This document shows positions 1 to 10,808 of a DNA stretch of 64,000 bases, one piece after another. Source of the DNA: Camelus ferus (taxonomy: Eukaryota); assembly GCF_009834535.1 (NCBI RefSeq), contig NC_045697.1, forward strand, positions 108,006,001-108,070,000. Reading direction: 5' to 3'. The translations under genes and the position numbers were made by a program. The notes beneath the pieces were generated by a model. The model was not told the DNA's origin and did not search any database. It worked only from the letters and a program-made list of their open reading frames with translations. Numbering within the stretch: position 1 is the first letter of the stretch; every line of letters begins with the position of its first letter.

Positions 1-1708
1 AGCTAAGAGAGCTATTTTGGTTCCACCGAAAACGTAGCTGTCACCTGGAAGACACAGAGATTTTCACTTTCAAGAAGCTCAGAAGGTTGTAGGTCAGGGT
101 TTCTAGCAAAAACATTTTCTTAGGGAGAGTTTCTCAGCTCTTATTTTCTTCACATAATTGACACAGTACAAATAAAGTTAGAACAGGTTTTAAAAAAGAT
201 ATGTAAGCCAGAACAGAGTTTTGAGTTGTTACTTCTAAATGGCAGTAGTTAGGAAGTGTATCTAAAATAACATGCTTGGTTTTGTTTAGTATTCTTCAGA
301 GAATCTTTGAATGTCAGAGTTGGAACAGACTGGCTTACCTCAGTGTTTGACTCAGAATCCCTAGGTATCTATATAAACATGTCGATTTCTGAACACAAAT
401 CATTTCCCCACCCCACCCCACATCTGAGTTGTATTTAACCATAATCACTTTCTTTCTCATCCTTTTCCCTAGTTTGAGTTGGAGGCAATGTTGAGAAAAC
501 ATGGTATTCTAGGGTTTATAACTTCTTCAGTATCATGGGTACAATATGAGGGAATGACACAAATGGCTCTAAGTTTCCATTTTTTTAAATAAAGTAAACG
601 ATTTTAAACATTGAAATTTCAAGTAAAATTAAAAGGAGATAGTATCCACTCTTCATTTTGATAATGTGTCGTGGCAATGTATTTCAACATTGATTTATAT
701 GCAATTTTGAATCTTAAAATTATGTTAACTAACCTACCTAGTCTTTGATTAGCTACTTTTGGTTTGTAGAAACAAAGGCAGTGTTTTAAAGACATTTAGC
801 AGACTAATAAAGAAAATGCTCCTTAGAGCTGAATAGGCTGGTTATCTGAGTATTTCTTAACACAGCTGTGAGTTTAGTTCCTCTGTGTGACTGATAGTTT
901 CTATCAGTTCCATGGCTGTAGCGCCCGGCCTGCTGCCTTGAATGTTATACCCTGTGGGGAGGGAGGAAAGTCAATACCTAAAAAAGGAAAAAGGTCCACT
1001 GAAGATGATGTGCATATGACAAAAATAGACAGCAGCATTTTCATGTAGGAAGAACCTTGGCACTAGAGGAAGCCCTGTTTTTGAAAAAGCATTCTGAAAA
1101 CATAAAGTTCCTTTTTAGAAAAACCACAGTGTAAGACCCCAGTCGAGTGTCATTGGGGAAGAAGAAAGACTGGGAACAGGTGCATGCTGGGCAATCAGGA
1201 GAACAGGATTCATTTCCTTTTATTTTACCATCAAGTCTCGATACTGATAAAATACTGATGTGGAGGGAACAATTGCTTTTTCTAGAAGATTGCTTTGAGG
1301 CAGAGAAATCTATAGCTTTTTATTCCTTCTAAAGCAGGGAAATAGAGCACCCTGTCAATGTCTTTGTAGAGATGAAGTGCCGGCTGGGGAAGACGAGGCC
1401 ATGCCCTTCCTTCTTCTGTATGGTCTCGGGATGGCTTCTGTTTTCCCAGGCCTTTTCTTTGCTGAAAATCAGACTAATCCTGGAAGCAATCAGGAATGAT
1501 GTGTAAGAGAGAAGCCCCACCTCTCCACATCCCCATGACTCAGCTTACTTCAAAGAATATACTTCTGAGTTGCAAGTAATGGGCAGTAGACCATGTTGAA
1601 CAATGCGTGCCTGTAAGCTGTGTGGCCAGATCCCTGCTGTGCACTAAGAAGCTCTCCCTTTTGTGCTTTAGGATTGGGTATTTGGCCTTCAAAGTGACAG
1701 ATCTTGTG

Positions 1709-1732
1709 CACACACACACACACACACACACA
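1709..1732. repeat. (CA)12 microsatellite
   Basis: Read directly from the sequence. Confidence 0.95.
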
Positions 1733-3978
1733 ACTAAGCAGTATCTTATTTCAGGATGATGCACAGATAATGATTAAGAGCTTTTAGGTTTCAAAACAGA
1801 TAATGTTTTTGTATATCAGAGGGTTCTCTTGATTTTACGTCTAAAGATTATGAGAAGTACAAGTATGACGTTAAAGAACTATGCCACCAAGATACGTGAG
1901 CTCCGATGACACCTTTCCCTCTGTGGATGAACTCCCACTTGAGGACTGAAGGGAAGGTGTATCAGAGTCCACCAGGGTGGTACAGAAGAGAGCAGATAGG
2001 CTTATCTTGCACATCCTGACAGATAATCAGTGTCATTACCTGCGACTATCTGAACTGGATCTCTGTATCTAGGCTGCCCTTGAACCAAGAATGGATGGGC
2101 TGCACAAAGTAATAAAGGCTGAAATCTCGGTGGCAGAGCCTTCAGGGCTCCCCACAGTTTAACGTATGGCCATTGAGAGGAAATTTAGTGCTCCATCAAG
2201 AGGGGCCAGATTGAATTAAAACCAAGCGGCTCAATCCAAACACATTAGCAATCAAATGATATAACTCCTGAGATAAATGCAAAGAGAGAGACAGAAAAAC
2301 ATTCCCAGTGATCCGTGAATACTGATTAGGGAGGAAAAGACCAGCACAGACATTATTCATATCTCCTCGGAGTCTGACTCTAGATTCGAATTCACGAATC
2401 AGATTTGATACCTTGACTCAACAGTAATTTCAAGTTGTTGTTGATTCTACACTTAGACCAGCTTTGCTGCTAAAAAGGCATTTTCTCCCCTTTTACATAT
2501 AGTAAAAATGAAAAGAAATGATGCTAATAATGGGACTGGCTATTGTGTTTTTCAAAAGACAAGAGAGAGTAAGATTATATAGAAGTGCCACACTGGCAAA
2601 CAGCAAGGACTCATCTAGTCCTCATATTCGATCTGTATTCATTCTCTGAAGCCATTAGCTTTATTTTGGCTGCCCTGGTACATTGGTAAAGGATCTCTGG
2701 GAAACATTTTGCAGTGATTCAGAGCCCATGACTCCTCAAATTTTATATAGATTTATTAAATAAACGCATTACCTCCCACTCGCCACCCTGAAACTCACAG
2801 AGTCTCATGAGATGTTCTCACAGTTTATGAGGGTCAGTTTGACATTGTACAGTCTCAGAATTTAGTGTCCATAGCAGATGTCAAAAATGAGGAATCTGGA
2901 GTTTAGGGGAGAAAATTATTCACCTTGCTTAGTTCTCTAGACCAGTGACCATTTCAGCTGCCCGGGGACTTTCTCCTGGGATCTGTGACCAGAGGACATC
3001 AGCAGCTATGTGACAGCCTTCCTCATAGCAAGTCTGGGAACAGGAATGGTAGCTCACTTCCCCAAGGAAGACCAAGGCTACTTTGCTAGTTGCCTACATT
3101 GTTCATTATCTCTTTCTAGAAACACCAGCTAGACTTCCCTCTGCCCTACTCTTCCTTTTGCCCAACGGAGATCTAAGGTGCCACTTATTACCAAGTGATG
3201 GTGTCCCTTTTGCGTTGGTTCTGTTGTGTAGTGAGTCCCACGAACTGTGCTTCTCACTGTGAAGTCAATAGTTATTGTCCACAGAGTTGAAAAATAAAGC
3301 TGAAAAATGTGTTTTTTGTTGGATTTCTGTGGCACCATTGAATCAAACGTTGGGTCAACTCTTTCTTCTTTTGAAAAATGCTGTTGTTTATTTTCAATTG
3401 TCAAGAAACAACAAGCTTGGAAGAGGTCTTGCAGTGTCATGTGGCAAGACGGGCCAAATTACAGAAAATCAATTAGTTGCTGTTACAGGAGTCATGTATC
3501 TGCTGTCCTGTTCTGGCTCTGGTTACCATGGCTAATGTCTGCTCCTCTCCAGAGGAATTCTTAGGAGAACACCACCCAAACGTTGTTTCTTGAGAGCAAA
3601 AACCAAGTAAGACCTAGGCATTAAATCTTTGCTAATCAAGATGGAGGCAGAAATAACCACCTTTCTTCCGATACTTTTAAATCATATACTCTTTTTTTTT
3701 TTAACATTTTTTATTGATTTATAATCATTTTACAATGTTGTGTCAAATTCCAGTGTTCAGCACAATTTTTCAGTTATTCATGGACATATACACACTCATT
3801 GTCACATTTTTTTCTCTGTGAGTTATCATAACATTTTGTGTATATTTCCCTGTGCTATACAGTGTAGTCTATTCTACAATTTTGAAATCCCAGTCTATCC
3901 CTTCCCACCCTCCACCCCCCTGGTAACCACAAGTCTGTATTCTCTGTCTGTGAGTCTATTTCTGTCCTGTATTTACGC

Positions 3979-4028
3979 TTTGTTTTTGTTTGTTTGTTTG
4001 TTTGTTTGTTTGTTTTTGTTTTGTTTTT
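3979..4028. repeat. (TTTG)n microsatellite at the start of the L1 3'UTR
   Basis: Read directly; it lies immediately after the ORF2 stop. Confidence 0.9.
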
Positions 4029-7000
4029 AGATTCCACGTATGAGCGATCTCATATGGTATTTTTCTTTCTCTTTCTGGCTTACTTCACTTAGAATGACAT
4101 TCTCCAGGAGCATCCATGTTGCTGCAAATGGCATTATGTTGTCGGTTTTTATGGCTGAGTAGTATTCCATTGTATAAATATACCACATCTTCTTTATCCA
4201 GTCACCTGTTGATGGACATTTAGGCTGTTTCCATGTTTTGGCTATTGTAAATAGTGCTGCTATGAACATTGGGGTGCAGGTGTCATCCTGAAGTAGATTT
4301 CCTTCTGGATACAAGCCCAGGAGTGGGATTCCTGGGTCATATGGTAAGTCTATTCCTAGTCTTTTGAGGAATCTCCACACTGTTTTCCATAGTGGCTGCA
4401 CCAAACTGCATTCCCACCAGCAGTGTAGGAGGGTTCCCCTTTCTCCACAGCCTCTCCAGCATTTGTCATTTGTGGATTTTTGAATGACGGCCATTCTGAC
4501 TGGTGTGAGGTGGTACCTCATTGTAGTTTTGATTTGCATTTCTCTGATAATTAGTGATATGGAGCATTTTTTCATGTGCTTTTTGATCATTTGTATGTCT
4601 TCCTTGGAGAATTGCTTGTTTAGGTCTTCTGCCCATTTTTGGATTGGGTTGTTTATTTTTTTCTTATTGAGTCGTATGAGCTGCTTATATATTCTGGAGA
4701 TCAAGCCTTTGTCGGTTTCACTTGCAAAAATTTTCTCCCATTCCATAGGTTTTCTTCTTGTTTTATTTCTGGTTTCCTTTGCTGTGCAGAAGCTTGTAAG
4801 TTTCATTAGGTCCCATTTGTTTATTCTTGCTTTTATTTCTTCTAGGAGAAAATTTTTGAGATGTATGTCAGATAATGTTTTGCCTATGTTTTCCTCTAGG
4901 AGGTTTATTGTATCTTGTCTTATGTTTAAGTCTTTAATCCATTTTGAGTTGATTTTTGTATATGGTGTAAGGGAGTGTTCTAGCTTCATTGTTTTCCATG
5001 CTGCTGTCCAGTTTTCCCAACACCATTTGCTGAAGAGACTGTCTTTATTCCAATGTATATTCTTGCCTCCTTTGTCAAAGATGAGTTGACCAAAAGTTTG
5101 TGGGTTCATTTCTGGGCTCTCTATTCTGTTCCATTGGTCTATAGTGTCTGTTTTGGTACCAATACCATGCTGTCTTGATGACTGTAGCTCTATAGTATTG
5201 TCTGAAGTCTGGGAGAGTTATTCCTCCAGCCTCTTTCTTTCTCTTCAGTAATGCTTTGGCAATTCTAGGTCTTTGATGGTTCCATATGAATTTTATTATG
5301 ATTTGTTCTAGTTCTGTGAAATCTGTCCTGGGTAATTGGATAGGGATTGCATTAAATCTGTAGATTGCCTTGGGCAGTGTGAGCATTTTAACAATATTGA
5401 TTCTTCCAATCCAAGAGCATGGAATATCTTTCCATTTTTTAAAGTCTTCTTTACTTTCCTTCATCAATGGTTTATAGTTTTCTGTGTATAATTCTTTCAC
5501 CTCCTTGGTTAGATTTATTCCCAGATATTTTATTACTTTGGGTGCTATTTTAAAGGGGATTGTTTCTTTACTTTCTTCTTCTGTTGATTTATCGTTAGTG
5601 TAAAGAAATGCAACTGATTTTTGAACGTTAATTTTGTAACCTGCTACCTTGCTGAATTCTTCAATCAGCTCTAGTAGCTTTTGTGTGGACCTTTTAGGGT
5701 TTTCTACATATAGTAACATGTCATCAGCATATAATGACACTTTTACCTCTTCTTTTCCAATTTGGATCCCTTTTATTTCTTTCTCTTGCCTGACTGCTGT
5801 GGCTAGGACTTCCAGGACTATGTTGAATAGGAGTGGTGACAGTGGGCATCCTTGTCTAGTCCCAGATTTTAATGGGAAGCTTTTGAGTTTTTCACCATTG
5901 AGTACTATGCTGGCTGTAGGTTTGTCATATATAGCTTTTATTATGTTGAGATATGTTCCCTCTATACCCACTTTGGCGAGAGTTTTTATCATAAATGGGT
6001 GTTGAATTTTATCAAATGCTTTTTCTGCATCGATTGAGATGATCATGTGGTTTTTGTCCTTTCTCTTGTTGATGTGATGTATTACACTGATTGATTTGCG
6101 TATGTTGAACCAGCCTTGTGTCCCTGGGATGAACCCCACTTGGTCATGATGTATAATCTTTTTTATGTATCGTTGGATTCTATTTGCTAAAATTTTGGTG
6201 AGGATTTTGGCGTCTATGTTCATCAGTGATATTGGCCTATAATTCTCTTTTTTTGTAGTGTCTTTGCCTGGTTTTGGTATCAGGGTGATGGTGGCTTCAT
6301 AGAATGAGTTTGGGAGTATTCCCTCCTTTTCAATCGTCTGGAAGAGTTTGAGAAGGACTGGTATGAGTTCTTCTTTGTATGTTTGGTAGAATTCCCCGGT
6401 GAAGCCGTCCGGTCCTGGACTTTTATTTGTAGGGAGGTTTTTAATTGCTATTTCTATTTCCTTTCTAGTGATCGGATTGTTCAAGTGTTCAGATTCTTCT
6501 TGATTCAGTTTTGGTGGACAGTATGTTTCCAGAAACTTGTCCATCTCCTCTAGGTTATCCAGTTTGGTTCCATATAGTTTTTCATAATATTCTCGTATGA
6601 TATTCTGTATTTCTATTTTGTTTGTTGTAATTTCTCCATTTTCCTTTCTTATTTTGCTAACTTGTGCTCTCTCTTTTTTCTTCTTTGTGAGTTTGGCCAG
6701 AGGTTTGTCAATTTTATTTACTTTTTCAAAAAACCAGCTTTTGGTTTGGTTGATTTTTTCTATGGTCTTGTTAATCTCTATTGTATTTAATTCCTCTCTG
6801 ATCTTTATTATTTCCTTCCTTCTGCTGCTTTTTGGGGCTTTTTGTTCTTCTTTTTCTAATTCATTCAGGTGGTGGGTTAAGTTGTTTATTTGAGATTGTT
6901 CTTCTTTTTTGAGGAAGGCCTGTATCGCTATAAACTTCCCTCTTAGCATTGCCTTTGCTGTGTCCCATAGGTTTTGAGTGGTTGTGCTTTCATTATCATT

Positions 7001-7825
7001 TGTCTCAAGGTATTTTTTAATTTCAGCTTTGATTTCCTCATTGATCCATTGTTTTTTCAATAACATATTGTTTAATCTCCATGCTTTCCTTTTTTTCTCC
7101 TTTGTTTCTCTGTTGTTGATTTCCAGTTTCATGGCATTGTGGTCAGTAAAGATGCTTGAGATAATTTCTATCTTCTTAAAATTGTTGAGGTTTCTTTTGT
7201 GCCCAAGTACATGATCGATCCTGGAAAATGTTCCATGTGCACTTGAAAAGAATGTATATCCTATTTTTGGGGGGTGTAATGCTCTGAAAATATCCACCAA
7301 ATCTAGTTTTTCTATTGTAGTATTTAATTTCTCTGTTGCCTTGTTTATTTTCTGTCTGGAAGATCTGTCTAGTGATGTTAATGCAGTGTTAAGATCTCCA
7401 ACTATGATTGTATTCCCATCAATATCCCCCTTTATCTCTGTTAGTAATTCTTGTATGTACTTAGGTGCTCCTATATTGGGTGCATATATATTAACGAGTG
7501 TAATATCCTCATCTTGTATCCCTCCTTTAATCATTATAAAATGTCCTTCTTTATCTTTCTTTATGGCCTTTGTTTTAAAGTCTATTTTGTCTGAAATCAG
7601 TACTGCAACACCTGCTTTTTTGGCTTTTCCATTTGCATGGAATATCCTTTTCCATCCTTTCACTCTCAATCTATATGTGTCCTTCTCCCTAAAGTGGGTC
7701 TCTTGTATGCAGCATATTGAAGGTTCTTGCTTTATTATCCAGTCTGCCACTCTGTGTCTTTTGACTGGAGCATTTAGTCCGTTAACATTTACAGTAATTA
7801 ATGATAGATGTGTGTTTATTGCCAT
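4027..7825 (-). CDS. ORF2: LINE-1 ORF2p endonuclease/reverse transcriptase, with a +1 frameshift at ~5143
   Basis: APE endonuclease motifs NVNGLN, IQETH, IYAPN, GDLN, SRIDH, TDHN; RT motifs [23 protein letters not shown]-terminal CWRGC-x7-H-x4-C. ORFs 5075-7825 and 4027-5109 join into 1265 aa ([17 protein letters not shown]) if one base at 5143-5144 is removed. Confidence 0.97.
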
Positions 7826-8229
7826 TTTGAACTTATCTTTGCAGTTGAATTGGTATATCCTCTTTGTTCCTTTCTTCTTCCTTTTGTGGTTTGGTAATTT
7901 TCCTTTGTATTATCATGGATTTTATTTACTTTTTGTGACTCCTTTGTAAATTTTTGGCTTGTGGTTACCCTTTTTTGTAAATCTATCAACCCATTACTAT
8001 AACTGTTTTTATTAAACTGATAGTAACATGATCTCAAACCCATCCTACTGTTAAAAAAAATTAAAAAAGAAAGAAAAAAATATTCTATATTTCCCTGCCT
8101 CCCTCTCCCACTCTCAGTGATTTGTATGTCTTCTTTTATAATTTCATGTTTACTTTATTTGTAATTCATGAGTTATCACCTTTCCAGTTGTGTGTTTCTC
8201 ATTTCTGTAGCATCCTGCTGCTTTTCTAT

Positions 8230-9133
8230 TTAGAATAGCCCTTTCAATATTTCTTTTAGCATGGGTTTAGTGTTGCTAAACTCCTGCAGCTTTTTTTTTG
8301 TCTGTGAAACTCTTTATTTCTCCTTGTATCCTCAAGGATAGCCTTGCTGGATAAAGGATCCTAGGCTGCATCTTTTTTTCATTCAGGGCTTTGAATATAT
8401 CTTGCCACTCCCTTCTGGCCTGTAGTGTTTGTGTAGAGAAATCAGCTGAAAGCCTTATGGGGGTTCCCTTGTAACTTACTCTTTGCTTTTCTCTTGCTGC
8501 CTTTAGAATCATTTCTTTATCCTTGACTCTGGCCATCTTGATTATGATATGTCTTGGTGTGGGTCTATTTGGGTTCTTCCTGTTTGGGACCCTCTGAGCT
8601 TCCTGTACTTGGATATCTGATTCCTTCTTTAAGTTTGGGAAGTTTTCAGTCATGATTTCTTCAAAAACCTTTTCAATCCCCTTTGATCTTTCTTCTCCTT
8701 CTGGGACCCCTATTATGCGAAGATTGGGACGCTTTATATTATCCCATAGGTCCCTTATGCTATTTTCATTATTTTTTATTTGCTTCTCTTGTAGTTCTTC
8801 TGAATGGGTGCTTTCTATTGCCCTGTCTTCTAGATTACTAATTCGTTCCTCTGCATTGTCTAGTCGGCTTTGCACAGCTATTAGATCATTCCTCATCTCT
8901 GTCAATGAGTTTGCCCATTCTACTTGGCTCTTCTTTATAGCTTCAATTTCATTTTTGACATATTTTATATCTCTAAACACTATCTCTTTTAATTCCTTCA
9001 GCAATTCGATCACTCCTTTTTTGAAATCTTGATCTAGTAGGCTATCGATGTCTATTTCGTTGATCTTTCTTTCAGGGGATTTCTCTTGTTCTTTTAATTG
9101 GGAAAGGTTTTTCTGCTTCTTCATCTTGCTCAT
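8230..9133 (-). CDS. ORF1: LINE-1 ORF1p RNA-binding chaperone, with a +1 frameshift near the C-terminus
   Basis: ORF 8276-9133 has a coiled coil, the RRM region (NLRIIGVPE, RPTPRHII) and CTD motifs (AREKQ, ARREW, YPARLS). Removing one A from the A9 run at 8291-8299 restores ...DKKKLQEFSNTKPMLKEILKGLF* ending at 8230 (300 aa). Confidence 0.95.
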
Positions 9134-9599
9134 ACCTCTTTGGCACTGTGGTTTATGGAGTATCAGTTGTTTATTTTGGTCCTTAAGGATTTTATCTATC
9201 TGATGCCTATTTAGGAATAGAACTTAGGAAAAAAAAAAAATAGAGAGAGAGAAAGAATTTTAAAAGAAGGAAGAAAGAGGGTTTGAAAACAGTGTATAAT
9301 GAATAATAGAAGAGTGAGTTGAAGCAGAGTATTAATTGGGTTGAGACGTCCTTTTAAAACCTTTACAAAAAAAGGGGGGGGGAGATGAATAGATGTATTT
9401 GAAACCTGTGTCTAATCAATAGCAGGACATCAAAACCCAAGAGAAATAGAAATGAATTAAGAAGTAAAGATTAAGAGAGTAATAGAAAATAGAACAGGTA
9501 AAAACAGATTTAAAAAAAAAGGGGGGGGGGTTTGTCGGTGTTCTCCTGGAGTCTGTGTGCTTTTAATGTGAAGTCTTTCTGTCTTCGTCCTGTTTTGGA

Positions 9600-10808
9600 A
9601 GCTCAGCTTGCTGTTTTCAGAGGCCCTCCGTTGGCGCCCTCTTCTGTGCTGCTCCCAGCACCTGTCGGCAAGCAGATCGCGCCTCCTCCTAACACTGGGT
9701 CAGGTGCAGCTCTCTGCTGTGGGCGGGCGGGTCGCTGCCCCTCCGGATGCCGCAGTCAGATGTTGCAGACTGGCCGGGTAGGAGGGCGGGTCGTGCCCCC
9801 TCACAGCACCTCGGTCAGGGGCTGTGTTCCTGCCCGAAAGGCGGGGGGGTGGGGGCCGCTCTCCCTCTACCTGCGTTTCCGGTAGTTCCGCTGTCTGTGC
9901 GCCTGCGCGCTTCGCCCTGGTTGGCGCTCCGCAGGTGGGCTCGGGGAAGACCGAGGGACAGCCCTGTCCCTGCTCAGAGCCAAAACCCAGCTCCTTGTTT
10001 GTCTTTGTGGAGCAAGTTCTCTGAGGGACCAGGATGGAAGGATCCTATCTGCCCCGGGCTGCAGGCCAGTCTCAGTCTGGCCTTTGAGGATGCTAAGCCC
10101 TTCGGTGTGGATGCAGGTTTCGCCCCTGCCCCCGCCTGGGTGATCAGCGCGGGAGGATATGGCGGCTGTGCCTGAGCCCCACCTGTCTTCCCCGGAAAAC
10201 CTTCCGCGGGTTTTCAGAGATGGGGGTGTGCACCCTTCCCCCCGAGAGCACATCAACCTTGCTGTTTTATGGAGGGCCCAGGTTGTTCTGCCCTGTGCAC
10301 CCACAGCCATGGCGCGCAGCCCCTTGCGTTCCCCCGGGGCTGCCTCCGTGCAGCCACTTCCGTCTTCTGCTGGCTTGTGAAGCCTGGCCCTGCCCGCGGC
10401 TGCCGGCCCTCGTCTCAGGCTGGGTGTCGGGGGGACGCTCTGTGCCCGTTTAACCTAGTTCTGTTAGTCAAGGGCTGCTCTGTACAGATCCGAGCCTCGG
10501 AGGCTCCCCCTCCGTCCCGCTGGCCTCTCAGTTGGAGAGGGGAGACCCAGCGAGCGAGTGCCAGTCCTCCTTTGCCGCTCCCTCCCCGCGGGACCCTTCC
10601 CGCGCTGCTTTGCCTTTTGTTCTTTCTTTTTTCCTTTTCTCCTACTAGATTTTTGGCGTCTTTATCTTTTGAAGAGGGCGATGTTCTGTCGGAGTTCCAC
10701 AGGTGCTCTGGTTGGCTGAGTGGGTCTGTAGATGTGGGTCTTGGTGTATTTGTGGGAGAGGGTGACCTGTGAGCGTTCCTTCTACTCCACCATCTTCTCC
10801 CGGAACCC
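9600..10808 (-). promoter_or_regulatory. L1 5'UTR internal Pol II promoter / CpG island
   Basis: GC- and CpG-rich segment at the element's 5' end, with a YY1-like AAGATGGTGG at 10787-10796. Confidence 0.85.

Larger units (their letters stand above)
3692..10808 (-). mobile_element. Full-length LINE-1 retrotransposon (~7.1 kb), young and near-intact
   Basis: TSD ttaaatca(t/c)atactctt at 3677-3693 and 10809-10825. The sense 5' end reads GGGTTCCGGGAGAAGATGGTGGAGTAG, followed by a CpG-rich 5'UTR, ORF1, ORF2, 3'UTR, AATAAA (3710-3715) and an A11 tail (3692-3702). Confidence 0.98.

Noticed and set aside
4484..9032. Long hydrophobic + strand ORFs (4484-5089, 5649-6005, 6597-6893, 7341-7949, 8652-9032)
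   Set aside because: They are antisense shadows of L1 ORF1 and ORF2, produced by the A-rich codon bias of the sense strand.
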